Both the position numbers and the translations under genes were made by a program. A stretch of DNA of 64,000 bases from the human T2T-CHM13v2.0 reference genome, Homo sapiens: the NCBI RefSeq assembly GCF_009914755.1, contig NC_060938.1. One strand, written 5' to 3'. The first letter of the stretch is position 1; the number at the start of each line of letters is the position of its first letter. Of this stretch, positions 1 through 17,070 are shown in pieces. Below the pieces are notes generated by a model. The model had not been told where the DNA came from. It did not search any database and worked only from the letters and a program-made list of their open reading frames with translations.

Positions 1-82
1 TAAGAAATAGTGGTGAAGAGGTATTTTTTTTGAGGACTTACTATGTTTGAGGAATAATACCTACATTTGAGTCAAATGAAGG

Positions 83-200
83 TATTATTCCCATTTTACA
101 GATGAGAAATTTGAGACTTAGAGTAATTAAAGGTTTTGCCCAAGGCTACACTACTTAAAAGAAGTCATCCAGGATCCAAGCCAACCTAAATGATTTCAAG
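83..200 (-). mobile_element. MIR SINE fragment
   Basis: Core motif 'attcccattttacagatgagaaa..tgag..ttagag...ttgcccaagg'. Confidence 0.65.
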
Positions 201-567
201 GTCCATTTGCTCTGCCTCCTCCATAGAAATTTCCCCCCAAGTTTTGCAGTGATTTAAATATCTGCAGCAGGTTTTTCCTCATATGGCACTCTGGTGTTAC
301 AGTTATTTAAGATTTGGTTTTATTTTATTAGACTACTTTTGTCTTAATGAATAGAGTTGTATATTTCTATAGCATCTGGGATAGTGCCTCTTGGTCATAG
401 ATTTATAATCATTTATTAAATAAAGTCATTTAATAATCTGACACTGTTGGGTTGCTACTTGATGTAGATCTGGAGTTCAAAATTATTCTTCCCCAAATAA
501 TGCTAGTGGTTGGCAGTTATAATGTAAAATCTCCATTAAAATATCATAATTTTTATCTTTCTTTAAA

Positions 568-3380
<2,813 letters not shown>

Positions 3381-3384
<4 letters not shown>

Positions 3385-3422
3385 TCTATCCTTTGAGAGC
3401 CAAAGTGTCTATCCTTTGAGAG
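3381..3422. repeat. 19-bp direct duplication agtgtctatcctttgagag with 4-bp spacer at L1 3' junction
   Basis: Identical copies at 3381-3399 and 3404-3422. Confidence 0.95.
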
Positions 3423-3949
3423 TTTGTAACCAAGTGCAATGATGGGAGATATTAATACTATTTATAATGTTAGGTGGAATATTCTATTAATGCCTTAAGA
3501 AAGGATTAAAGCAGAGTTGTAAAAGTTTGGAGAGAGATGGTTTTTAATTTGCAAGGATCGGGGAAATGTTCATGAAAAAGGGGACATTTGACCTAGAACT
3601 TGGAAAAATGAGTATGTTTTGACCGATAGATTTCAAGGGAAAGAACTCCAGGCAGAGGAAAGATTTTGGCAATAGTCATGGCGGCAGAAATGTCAAGGAT
3701 ATGATAACTAGTTTAATTTGACGGGAGTATAAGACTTGTTAAGATAGTGAAAAAGATAAGACAGGGAAGGATCGTTGGAGACAGAGCTTTGGGGGTCTTG
3801 TACAAGATGATATTTAAGTTCCTTTTCAACAACTTTATGATCCTATAATTCTCTGAATGCCATGACAAGTCACTGGGTTTTATTAAGTAAGCAATTGTGA
3901 GTCCCAAAAATATTTTCAGTTGTGACATCTTATCTTCATTTGATATTCT

Positions 3950-3951
3950 AT

Positions 3952-3998
<47 letters not shown>

Positions 3999-4284
3999 TT
4001 TTTTGAGACAGAGTCTCGCTCTGTCGCCCAGGCTGGAGTGCATGGTGCTATCTCGGCTCAATGCAAGCTCCGCCTCCGCGGTTCACGCCATTCTCCTGCC
4101 TCAGCCTCCCGAATAGCTGGGCCCATAGGCGCCCGCCACCACGCCCGGCTAATTTTTTGTATTTTTAGTAGAGATGGGGTTTCACCGTGTTAGCCAGGAT
4201 GGTCTCGATCTCCTGACCTCGAGATCCGGCCGCCTCGGCCTCCCAAAGTGCTGGGATTACAGGCGTGAGCCACCGCGCCTGGCC
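3950..4284 (-). mobile_element. AluY with (TTTA)n tail
   Basis: Full-length antisense Alu; 13-bp TSD catttgatattct (3937-3949 / 4285-4297). Confidence 0.95.
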
Positions 4285-4455
4285 CATTTGATATTCTTAC
4301 AGTGCCATGGAGTGACATAATCAGAACTGTGTTTTGTAAGCACAGATTTTCTTTTTTTAAGATTATTTTGGCAGCAATGTGTACTGTTGCATGAAGTGGA
4401 AAAGGACTGAAGGTAAAAGTTGGAAGGCTATTGCAATAGTGTAAAATTAGGAAAT

Positions 4456-4535
4456 AGTATAGATTATACTATTAGAAACTAGTATAGATTAGAAATATAG
4501 TACAGATTAGAAAATAATATAGCATAGATTAGAAA
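4456..4535. repeat. Degenerate tandem repeat, unit ~tagtatagattagaaa
   Basis: About four imperfect copies visible. Confidence 0.6.
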
Positions 4536-5539
4536 CAAAGACCTGAATTAGAATAGCATCGATGAAAATAAAGAGTTAGAGGCAAATTTAAGACGAATTT
4601 TAGAATTATATTCTACAGGGCTGGGCAGTTGATTGAATGTATTACTATGTTTTGGGAGCAGTGTTAGAGAAGGAGAGCTTAAAGATAATTTCAGAGTTTG
4701 GAGGCTGGGGGATTATAAGAAGGTTGAGAACATAATAGAGCTAAAGGAATCATTTGGTGATGCCTATTTAAAGAAGAGGGAAAAGAGTTCATTTTTAGTT
4801 GTATTAAGTTAATGGCAAGGAATTCAGGGCATTCAATTAGTTTTGAAATTGGGAATGAAATAAAAGGCTGATATTATTTTCTACATGCAAATTCTTGATG
4901 GGGAAGTTTAGGGCAAAGTACCAAATGGAACATTATCTCATTTTCAACACATCCATTAATTACAGATCTTGAAGAACTCTATCATTAATAAGTAGACACA
5001 CTCTAATAAAAATAGACTCATAGACACAAAGACCTACCCATTTATACAAATACTCCTGTAAAGGTAGCTCATAATAGTTACTGTGATGAATTGAGAGTGA
5101 CCATCTCTGGTACTAGGAAAGAATAAAAAAACTTTAACTTCAGAACTGATTTGGATCAAATGATTCCAGGAAATTCCATTATAAGTACTTCTTTTATTTA
5201 AAGTTCATGATCATTCCTCAGGCCCCTTAGGTTGCTTAATTTTCTTATCCTTAACAATCTCCTTATGAGATATTGAGTGAATAGGATTTGTGCTATCTTG
5301 GGGCCATTTTATCAACTAGTTCTTGAAGGGGGCAGATTGATTTTCCCAAGGTTAGGTTTCATTTTATTAATTGATGTCCAACAGTTCCAGAATTTACTTA
5401 ATTCAGGTGGAGCACAGTTGTTAGGCCATTAACTCTCCAGCTACATTTGTCTTCCATTAATCAAACTGAAATTCAGTTTCTAAGATAGGTTTTGCAAACC
5501 TCTTTACCCTCACTCCCTTTCTCTCCTCCTCCTTCCATT

Positions 5540-6890
5540 TGTGTAAAAAAAATTATTAAATTCCTGCTCCCTGCCAGACATTATGTCAAATGCTAGTAAT
5601 GGATTGATGAATATGCTCCCGTTTTTAGGCATCTCATAGTACATGGGGGTAAAATCATACATGCTCTGACAGAGGAGCACAGAATAGGGAACTAAATCAG
5701 ACCAGGTTAGGGAGGGGTAAATTAGAAAGGCTTCCTGGAAGTGGTGACATCTGAGCAGAGTTGTGAAGGTACATAGGAAGTAGCTAGCCAAGGGGTGGGG
5801 GTTGTGGGATGAGAAGGGGTGGGTATTCTATGTGAGGGTTAAAGACACATGAAAAGATTTACAAGTAGTCTATATAGCTGGAAAGAGGAGCATATTTGGA
5901 GAATTCTAGGAGATAAGATTAGATAAATAGGCAGAAGATAGATAATTTTGAGTTTTGGGTTTACATGAGGACTTTCAATTACTTCTTGAAATCTTTAGAA
6001 AGCCATTGTAGCATTTTATGCAATGGATTAACTTGATAAACTCTGTATTTTGCGAAGTTTATTCTGGTACAGGAATGGAAAGTGTATTTGAGAAAGGCCA
6101 AGAAATCTGTTGGAGGCCACTGCTGAAATATGAGAATGACGTGGATGAAAGTCTAAACTAAGGTAGCTGAAAAATTGAGAGAAAGGGACAAATTCAGGAG
6201 TCATTGAAAAGGTAGACAGTTTGGGACCTGGAGCCTGATTTGATGGAGTAAGTGACAGACACGGATAAACTCTCATATATTTGGTTTGGATATCTGCATC
6301 TTTAGTTGGTTCATTCACTGGAGGTGCAGAAGATCTGGTTTCTGGTAAAAGGTAGACGTTACCAACTGTGACATGTGGTTGTAGAGGTTTGCATTGGTTA
6401 TCCAAGTAGAAATGTCTATTAGGCAACTCAGTTGAATGTTTTGAGCAAGAGATATAGATTATGGAGTTAGCCTATGAGCTGATGCTGTGGGTGTGGATGC
6501 CAAACTGCAGGGGTGCTGCATAATGTGAAAGGGCAGAGGATGAGGTTGGAGCTTTGGGAAGACTAGAACCAATTACATGGGAAGATATTTAATTGGTAAC
6601 GAGAGGAACACATGAAAGACAGATAAACAGGAAGAGTAAGAGGTAGGAGAAAAAACAGAGAAGAGCAATGCAATTAATGGAAACTGAGAGGGTTTGAAGG
6701 AGTTGTCCTTAGTGTCAATTGTGCAAACATGTATATTAAGATCTACAGAATGTTTTGTATTGTATTCGGCATAAAGACATACTCATTGACCTCAGACTTG
6801 TACAGTTTCAGTAGAACATTATTGGAAGAGCTGAGTTTGAGACCTAATATTTTCCAGGTTATAAGGGTAACAGCTAAGTTAGGAATTAAA
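5540..6890. mobile_element. L2 LINE relic
   Basis: 'tcctgctccctgccagacatt..tgcta', 'aaggcttcctggaagtggtgacatctgagcagag' and other L2-type blocks. Confidence 0.6.
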
Positions 6891-6899
6891 AATGAAATG

Positions 6900-7249
<350 letters not shown>

Positions 7250-8309
7250 TCAGACAGAAGCAGGCAGGAAACAAACAGGAGGCTCATAAAGATTCTATTG
7301 AAATATGATATGATTTTATCTGCCATGCCTCTGCTTAGGATATCTTAAAGGCATTTTGCAGCTTCTGCCATCACATTTCTGAGACATGTTTTGTATTGAC
7401 CAGCCATTTCACACGCAGGGGACAAATTGGGTATCCTGAACTGTTATATGCACCTGCCCATCTGGCATTAAGTAGCTGCGCAATGTTCCAACACAATAAA
7501 GCAAAGTGCCAGTGGGAAGAAGAGTTCTTCATCATCTGCTACATAGACTCAGAAATCAATAAGTGCTTGACAGGCTGGTAAGCATTCTTTTGATGATGGA
7601 TCCAATGCCACTGGAAGTACTTAAAAGCCTCAGCAATGTTTGTCTATTGTGAAAGAAAAACATAGTTGTAACTGGATGTCCTGAGAAGGTTGAAGCTCTT
7701 GCATTGCTTTCAGGATGGGCACGCTAAGAATATACATGTACCACATTTTGAGGGATATGAATCCAGTGGCATTGGTGAGGTAGCTAAGGAAGGTGTTCTT
7801 GGACATTTTAATTTGATGAGGGATGGGCAAGAGACAAAGGGTGCTGTGTGTGGGTGTCTGGATGGACACCACCTGGGCTTATTGTGTTTTCCAGTGAATT
7901 AGTGATAGCTGACTCTGGTTCTTCTGCTTGGATCATACCTTGTCTTATAAAGTGTACTCACCCGGACAGAAATACACTTTGTTAAAATAGACTTGAGTAA
8001 AGTATTTCACCCACTCTGATCACCAGAGTGTTTTTTGTAAGAATCTTGAGGCTCTATTCAATCCGCTTGTCTATCTATAACAGTATTGAAGAGTTCTGTA
8101 ATTCAGTGCTTTATTAAGCAACAAAAGAATTTGTGGACAATGTCTGAATCCCCAATTTGGAAGGAGAACAACTTTATTCATATAGTTTAATACCACAAAG
8201 TATAAAACTGGACATTGGTGTTTGATATACATTTTGAGTTTCTTGGTGAAAACTTTTAGCCAGAAAAATTGTTTTTGTTCTGGTCTGTTTTGAATTTTCT
8301 AATATTGGA

Positions 8310-8368
8310 CAAATTTAGCTGACCATTCTGTGTCAGCTAAATTTGATCCTCTTCTGTGATCCTCTTCT
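8310..8368. repeat. 14-bp perfect inverted repeat (8-nt loop) adjoining a 12-bp direct repeat
   Basis: caaatttagctgac / gtcagctaaatttg; tgatcctcttct at 8344-8355 and 8357-8368. Confidence 0.9.
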
Positions 8369-8639
8369 TTGTGTTACATGCTATTTTTGCTATGGTCTTT
8401 TGCCCAGGGATAAAACTTCCTTGCTTAAAGATCATTTGGTTTTTTCATTAATACTGTAAAAAATGTTTAACTTATTTTGATTTTCAAAATATTGTTCCCT
8501 GTTTTCTTCTTATCCCTGCAATGGGTGGTTGTTGCTGCCCCGTGTCTGCCTCTCCATTGTCCTATCAATCTCTGTCCTTGTGGTCCTTGCTCACCTTCCC
8601 CATGCAGTGCTCTCTGTCCTGACCTGCATTCTCCTCACT

Positions 8640-8758
8640 GTAGTAATGAATGGTTAAGAACTAAGGCTTTGGGATGAGATAGGCTGAAGCATAGTTCTAG
8701 CACCATCTTTACTTGCTCTGTGGTCTTGGACAAATCACTTGACCTTGATATATTTCAA

Positions 8759-8789
<31 letters not shown>

Positions 8790-9225
8790 GAGAGACAGAG
8801 TCTGCTCTGTTGCCCAGGCTGGAGTGCAGGGTGCCATCTCACTCACTGCAAGCTCCACCTCCTGGGTTCATGCCATTCTCCTGCCTCAGCCTCCCGAGTA
8901 GCTGGGACCACAGGTGCCTGCCACCATGCCCGGCTAATTTTTTCTATTTTTTTTTTTTTCAGTAGAGACAGGGTTTCACCATGTTAGCCAGGATGGTCTC
9001 GATCTCCTGACCTTGTGATCCGCCTGCCTCGGCCTCCCAAAGTGCTGGGATTAGAGCATGAGCCACCATGCTCGGCCAGATATATTTCAATTTTCTCATC
9101 TCTGAAGTGAGATCATAATGGTACCTACCTCATAGGTTGTAGTAATGATTAAATAACAAAATGAGACAATATATGCAAAGTGCTTACACAGCACTGGCAT
9201 GTAGTAAGTGCTTCATCATGTTTAC
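8640..9225 (+). mobile_element. MIR SINE split by an Alu
   Basis: 'tcttggacaaatcacttgacct...caattttctcatctctgaagtgagat..taatggtacctacctcataggttgt'. Confidence 0.75.
8765..9077 (-). mobile_element. AluY/Sc-like element
   Basis: Full-length antisense Alu; 18-bp TSD gatatatttcaattttct (8747-8764 / 9079-9096). Confidence 0.95.
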
Positions 9226-9254
9226 TGATTCAATTCTGAATATACATATGATGT

Positions 9255-9410
9255 AATATAAGCATGGGAGTGATTGCCCATCACCTTTGCCATGTTCTAT
9301 GTGTTAGAAGCCAGTCACAGGTCTCTCCTACACTGAAGGGGAGGGTATTACAAAGGTGTGAATACTAGGAAGTGGGCAATCTTTAGGGGCCACCTTAGGA
9401 GTCGTTGACC
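9255..9410 (-). mobile_element. MaLR (MLT1) LTR fragment
   Basis: 'catcacctttgccatgttctat..gttagaagccagtcacaggtc' MLT1-type block. Confidence 0.55.
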
Positions 9411-9559
9411 AAATGCTTGATATACTATCATAAGACAATACTGAACCATGGCCTAAATCTTGTTAATTTTATGAGAAAGATATCAAAATATGGTACCACA
9501 TCTGAAGTTCTTAGAAAAGTCTGACTGTAACAGGAAGTATGAGCTGAAGCTATTTACTT

Positions 9560-10206
9560 TGTTTTTTTTTAAGCTTTTTTTTTTAAACAGTTTTTGTGGT
9601 TTCATAGTAGGTGTCTATATTTATGGATTACATGAGATATTTTGATACAGGCATGCAACGCATATCAATCACATCAAGGTAAATAAGGTCTCTACCATCT
9701 CAAGCATTTATCCTTTGTGTTACAAACAATCCAATAAACTCTTTTAGTTATTTTAAAATGCACAATTAAATTATTTTTGACTATAGTCACCCTGTTGTGC
9801 TATCAAATACTAGGTCTTATTCATTCTTTATAACAATTTTTTTTACCATTAACCATCCCCACTTTCCCCTCCCCCCCCCACTACCCTTCCCAGCCTCTGG
9901 TAACCATTCTTTTATTCTCTATCTCCATGTGTTCAGCTATCTGAGTTTTTAGCTCCCACAAATAAGTGAGAACATGTGAAGTTTATCTTTCTGTGCCTGC
10001 CTTATTTCACTTAACATAATGACCTCCAGTTCCATACATGTGTTGCAGATGACAGGATCTCATTCTTTTTCACGGCTGAATAGTACTCTATTATGCATAT
10101 GTACCACATTTTCTTTATCCATTTATCTGTTGATGGACACGTAGGTTGCTTCCAAATCTTGGCTGTTGTGAATAGTGCTGCAAGAAACATGGGAGTGCAA
10201 ATATCT
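9560..10206 (-). mobile_element. L1MA 3' end (5'-truncated)
   Basis: T-tail, L1MA 3'UTR and ORF2 end; imperfect TSD gaagcta(t/c)tt(a/c)ctt at 9546 and 10208. Confidence 0.85.
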
Positions 10207-11377
10207 GGAAGCTACTTCCTTCAAAAAGTCCCCTTGCAGCTAAAAAGCTTAGGAAAGGTCGACATATTTTTAAAAGAATTTTTTGGGAAATAAGATAAGG
10301 GTATTGAGGTCTGAGAAAAGTGGAAAGAGTTTGGGATAGACCAAGTGGTTAATATGATACTAGTTGATCAAATTGGAGGGAAAAATTGCTAAGTAACAGT
10401 GAGCCTCTATCTTAGACTGGTTGGGATGAATTTGTAATGGAACCGACTCACAGTTTTAAGACTTTGTGCAACAATGCTGGACAGTCTGGAAGCAGGATAA
10501 GAAAAAGAAGTAAAGTTTAATCAGGGATAAGGATTGGCGAAACAAGGACAGTGGAAACTTAGAGTGTGGGGAATTCTAAATCTTATTACTGTTGCAATTT
10601 GGCTTGTCTAGCTGAAAATGGTTAATTTTTTTCTATCTTAAATTATGAACTATTCCAAATATCAGAACAGAATGTAAAATAATGTAGTAGGTAACCACCT
10701 ATTCCCAACTGTATTTAATAGGTATTAAAATTGCACATATTTCCTTCAAATATTTTTCCCTTTTTGAAAATAACTAAAACTACATATCCTATTTTATCTT
10801 TCTTCTTTTTTCCTTCCTTAATGAAGATTTGAGGTTTGCAGTTAGTATCATATCTGTTTCACTGGGTCAGTATGTATAATCTTAGAATGTCATTTTGTAA
10901 GAAGGGAAGTCTTTAACATACTCATTAGCAAGTAGTGCATACAGCATAAAGAAGAAGAGAGTTACAACAAACTTTGAGGACAACAGTCAATGCCCAGATG
11001 TTTTGTTGCAACATTAATGTGCCTGATTTCAGAGTAAGCATTAAAATGCTTTAATATCCAGTTGGCTTAAAATATGAAGGGCAGAAAAACAAATGCACTC
11101 TTCTGTGGAGGAGTTAAACTGAAAAGCAAAGGGGGCTTTTGTCTAGCACAAGCTAGAAGAGATAATTGTTCATTAGGGAGTGTGAAGTCTATCGTAAGTA
11201 AGCACAACCACATTCATTAGCCACTTCCCTGCTTTCTATCTGTAATGGGCATTAAGTTTCTCTGTGTTCAACTAGAATGAATTCTGGGTTTTCCACTACA
11301 GGCTCTTTCTTGTGTTTCTAATATTCTGCACTTTGATCTTTTTTCTCTTTGGATTTTCACTAAATTGGTATAAACTT

Positions 11378-11732
11378 ACTGTTTACTGAATGTTCATGCC
11401 CCCTCATTTATACGTTGAAATCCTGACTCCCATGGTAAAAGGAGTGGGGCCTCTGGGAGTAATTAGACCATAAGGCTGGAGCCATCATCAATGGAATTAG
11501 TGCGCTTAAAAGAGACATGAGAGAGTTTGCTCTGTCTGTGCTTTCCACTATGTGAGTTCTCTTCAAGAAGGTATCTGTCTGCAAACCAAGAAGAGGGCCC
11601 CCACCAGACCTGAGCCTGCTGACATGCGGGCTTTAGACTTCCCAGCCTCTAGAACAGTGAGAAATAAATGTATGTTGTTTAAGCCACCAAGTGTATGGAA
11701 ATTTGTTACTTTAATCCAAGCTGACTAAAACA
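11378..11732 (+). mobile_element. MaLR solo LTR (MLT1A-like)
   Basis: 'gacttcccagcctctagaacagtgagaaataaatg..ttgtttaagccacc' and end 'gctgactaaaaca'. Confidence 0.85.
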
Positions 11733-11778
11733 AACAGATTGTAAATTATCTCTTAAGTAATGTACTCAAAATGTATGA

Positions 11779-11874
11779 CAAGTTCTCAGAGAATATACAG
11801 AGTACATAGAAATCAAGCTCTCAGAAAATGTAGTACATGTAGAAGTCAAGTTCTCAGAAGATATAGAATGTACT
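11779..11874. repeat. Three-copy degenerate minisatellite (~33-35 bp)
   Basis: Recurrent caag(t/c)tctcaga...gtac units. Confidence 0.7.
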
Positions 11875-12735
11875 TAAAAAAGCACTCAACCAAACAGAAG
11901 ACACTTATATAAAAAGCTACCTAAAGTATGCTTATAATGATTGATGAGTATTACATTTTGTTACTAAGCATTACCAAAAGTCAGAAATCTAGGATGTCAC
12001 CAAAATTACTATGTTTGTTGAGTTTTGGAGACAAGTCTAGCACCTTAACTTACTTGAAGGCCGTACCATTTTGACAAATAAAGAATCTGTATCTCTAGGT
12101 GTCAGGGTCATCTTCAGATTTAACCCTAGGGTCAGCTCAGTCTAAACCACATACTTTGGTCTTGTTTTCTGGGGAGCAAATAGCCTAGCCTTCTCTCTTA
12201 CAGCTTACAGGTGGTTAAATGCCTCTAACAACAAGCAAGCCACCATATAAAAGAGTGCATATGGGAAAGAACATGAGTATGTAAATCTGGGGAACTGTTA
12301 GGGGTGTGAGTAGCTGGGAATGGGTTATAAATGCACTTATAGTATTATATAATGGAAGTTCAAGATTCATTCAATTTATACCACATACATACTGACTGGC
12401 TACTTTGTGCCAGGTACTCTGAAGAGGAAAGGCAAATATGTGAAAATTGTTACTCTAATGGTATTAATGCAGATTGTTGAAACCCTGTGAGAGGATAGGG
12501 AACTTCCTTCTTCTGGTGGTGGGGCTTGATTCAGTAGGTGATAGGCTGGATTCTTTGGAGTATGATTATGCCATTGAGAGACCTATACAGCCTCTTTATA
12601 ATTGATTAGGTAAAGAGGGTATATAAGAAACTTATTGGACATATTGAGATACTCCTTAGAGATTTTTCCTGGAGGTCAACTCTGTGAAGGCTATATGACA
12701 TTGAAAAGCAAATGCTACAACCTGGGAGAATTTCA

Positions 12736-13144
<409 letters not shown>

Positions 13145-13641
13145 AAGATTCAAGTTTGAGAGTGTCTTCTAGCATACGATTTCTGATTAGCTGAATGAAG
13201 GTGACACTGGACTCTGTAGAGGTTCTCATTCACATCTCATAGTGCTGAAACAATCAGACAGAGTCTTCCTTTGGTAAGGAAAGTAGCTAAAGCCAGGATA
13301 ACTAGGCATTATACCCATTTAGGACTCAAATGGAGACTCCAGATGGAAACTACACATAATTACATAGACAAGTATAGTTTCTGAGAGGTAGAAATTTATA
13401 CCTTTCATCCCTTGCATCATTCCATTCTCAAAGCATTTATTACACTCTTATGTGTGAGTCATGGTTCTGAGCATTAATGATACAAAGACAAATAAACCAT
13501 CACTCCTGGTCCCCACTCCAAGAGCAGTTACAGCAAAGTAATTAATGCTGTAACAGAGGAATAAACAAGATGCTGAGGAGCATGAGAGGAATCACATAAC
13601 TTATCCTGAAAGGCTATAAGAGGCTTCTCAAAGATGGTAAC

Positions 13642-13910
13642 TTTTTTTTTTTTTTAACAGGGTTTCACTCTGTTGCCCAGGCTGGAGTGCAGTGGCACAG
13701 TCATGGCTTACTGCAGCCTTGACCTCCCTAGCTCAAGTGATTCTCCCATCTCAGCCTCCTGAGTAGCTGGGACCACAGGCATGCACCACCATACCCAGCT
13801 AGTTTTTGTATTTTTTGTAGGGACAGGGTTTCATCATGTTGCCCAGGCTGGACTTGAACTCCTGGACTCAAAAAATCTTCCAGCTTCTGCCTCTCAAAGT
13901 GCTGGGGATT
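13642..13910 (-). mobile_element. AluJ
   Basis: Antisense Alu with J-type 'ctgcagccttgacctcc..gctcaagtga', 'gttgcccaggctgg'. Confidence 0.9.
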
Positions 13911-14757
13911 ATGATTAGATTCTTGAAGAATGAGTTAGTTTTTCAGGGTAATAAGAAGAAGCACTACAGGCTAGGAGACAGCAGTTAAGAAAAGACAGAA
14001 AAATGTGAAGCAACCAAGAGGCCAGGATGTTTGCACCTATAATTTTAAAGGTAGGCAGGAGCAGAAATTCTTAAAAGACTTGTATGTCTTACTTTGGATT
14101 TTGGACTTTAACCCATAGACATTGGGGGCCTTCAAAGGGCTTGACCTCAAAAGGTTGGAGAATGGAGGGTGGAGAAGGTGGGTGATACCAGGGTCAAGGC
14201 AACCAGTTGGAAATTTATTGTAGTCACTTTGATGAGAAATGACTGGAGCCTGGGACTGAGGAGAGGAACAAGGGGTTAGTCTCCGTTTTCTAACTTTGTG
14301 GATCATCGTTTCATTAATCCAAAGAGAAGAGGCCAGGTTTGGGGAAGGGAACAATGGGTTCAGTTTTCGGCATCTTGAATTAGAAGTTTGGTGGAACATT
14401 TGGGTGGAGATTACCATGAAGCAGTGGGCAAAGTAAGCTTAGGTTCAGGAAAGAGATTCAGTGTGGAGATGATAGGTTTTGGTATCATCAGTGTAAAGAA
14501 GTTTTCAGAAGCATGAATGTGACTAAGATTGCTCAGGATGAGTGTGTCCAATCAGAGGAGAAGAGCAAAGGCTGAGCCAGAGAATCCCAGCAATTAAGGT
14601 GGTAAGGAGAGGACTCATTAAACAGTATTGAAATTGGGAGAAATACAAGGAAAATCAGAAGTGGTTTCAGAGAAAAAAGGTGTAGATAATTTCAAGAAGG
14701 AGGTACTGGTTAACACTATCAAATACTAGAGTGACCATGTTTGAAAATGACACTGTA

Positions 14758-15174
<417 letters not shown>

Positions 15175-16884
15175 TCATCAAGTGCTCATTTTGATTTCAA
15201 GAACATTTACTTGAAGGCAAGATAAAAGAGAGAGATTTGTAACTTGAAGACGCAGAGGAGTCTAGGAATTATACTTTTGAAAGCAGTAGTAGAAACTTGA
15301 TATTTAGGAGAGTTTAAGAGCCCAGTCTGGTGACCACTGAGCTAGGTTAAAAAAAGAAGAAAGGCTTTTACCTTCTTTTTTGGGTGTTAGTATAAGAGTA
15401 TTTTAAAATGAGCTGTGACTTCAAAATATCTAAACCTGCCTGGAAGTGGCTTCAGAAACTGTTGAGACAAGGAGCGATTTAGGAAAGAATCCCCACCACT
15501 GCGGCATGCAGTGTGGCTAGATGTCTGAGATGATGAGGTTTAAATAATGGCAAAGAAAGTTGAAAAGCTTTCAGCATCTTTGCTGACTCCAAGAAGTAAA
15601 AACAACCTGCCTTCCAGCAAACGCATTTTCCCTTCTGAAATTCTGTCAAATAAATTCAGAAGGACATGAAAAAAAAAATGGAAATGTATTTTGTACCATG
15701 TGCTGATGTGGTCATACAGCCCCTATTTCACAGATTGTGCATGATGAATTTCAACACTATATCTGATTTCTCTGGCACGTACATTGTGTAAAAGAGCTTG
15801 CAGAGGTACAACTTTATAATAATTCCAGGGAACTTGAGAAGGCATTGCCCAAAAATGAGACTACAGATACCATAAGCAAGAAGAAATCTTTTCCTCAAAA
15901 ATGCAGGTACTCCATAATAACATTCAAGGAAAATTGCGTATTTTGAGGCACTCTACACTTTCAGTCTTACCGATGACAAGAAATGCAGCCTAGGTTTAGC
16001 ATTTCATCTGGAGTATCACAGTCCTAGCTTGCTTTGAATGGGCTTATTTTTCAAGAACTGAAGTGGTAGCTCATCACATATTTCTCAGCTTCTGAAATGA
16101 CTGGTATTCCTCTCCTATCTAGCAGCTGTTGGAGGGTTTTTTATTTAACCAGTGAAGAGTTCCAAAATAGAAGTGTTGTCCTGGATGTATTTTAAAAACA
16201 CACATTTCAGGCCTTTCCTCTTTAACTTGAAGTAGCAGATAAAAATCCCAAAGTGAAAGTGACAAGATAACATTGTGACATTGACTCACAAAGGCATAAG
16301 GAATCTATAGATGCCCCTGCATGTCAACAACCAAGGCAAACACTGCGACTGTCATACCAAACATCCAGAAGTGATGTAGATTTAGTCAAAACCTTGCTTC
16401 ACTGCAATGCTTTTGGAATTGAGCATTCTGGGTAACTAAATTGTCTAGTTATTAGGTAGCTAAATAGAACACTCTTTTTATCTGAATTTTTGTTGCCACA
16501 GAGTTTTACAAAAATGTTACCATATTCTATTAATTTAGTGCTCTTCCTAATGGTGTAAAGCTAGGTTTGATTGTGAACTGTTTCTGTTGAAGGTGGATAG
16601 GCAGTTTTTTTATTTTATTTTATTTTTGGGGTCTGTGCAGAGGAGAAAGAATATGGCTGGTGGTTACTAGCTATTTCCTGTTCTTAATCTTAGTATTGGT
16701 CTGTTTAATCTGTTCTCAGGCACCCTCTGTCCATCGCCCTGTCAAGCGTATGTAATATTTAATTTTTTCTCAATCTATTATTTAATCCTCATAAATTTGA
16801 TGTGGGTTGGGTACTGCTGCTGCTAAAATGATACAGAATTTGCAAGTAATTTGTAACCTAATGGGAGAAGAAACAGCTTCTGCT

Positions 16885-17070
16885 GAAAAGCAAAACTGCC
16901 TGGGATTGAATCCTGGCTCTGCTGCTTGCTAGCTGTATGATCTGGAGTAAGAACTAAATATATTTGTTTCTCAATTTTCTTCTGGTAAAATGGAGATAAT
17001 ATTAATACCTACCTCAAAGGGTTTCTTTTAGTATCCCTAAAGTGCTCAGATCAGGGTCTAGTACAAAGTA
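16885..17070 (+). mobile_element. MIR SINE
   Basis: 'tgcctgggattgaatcctggctctgc...aaaatggagataatattaatacctacctca'. Confidence 0.75.

Larger units (their letters stand above)
3500..4820. mobile_element. Degenerate L2 LINE relic (split by Alu)
   Basis: Purine-rich L2-like motifs (gacatttgacctagaacttgga, ggaaggctattgcaatagt). Confidence 0.45.

Noticed and set aside
3897-4193. Hydrophobic FIYL-repeat ORFs
   Set aside because: Translation of an Alu (TTTA)n tail and antisense Alu
15400-16800. Repeat-poor stretch with a 40-codon ATG ORF near 15547
   Set aside because: No splice context or recognisable product; conservation cannot be judged from this sequence alone
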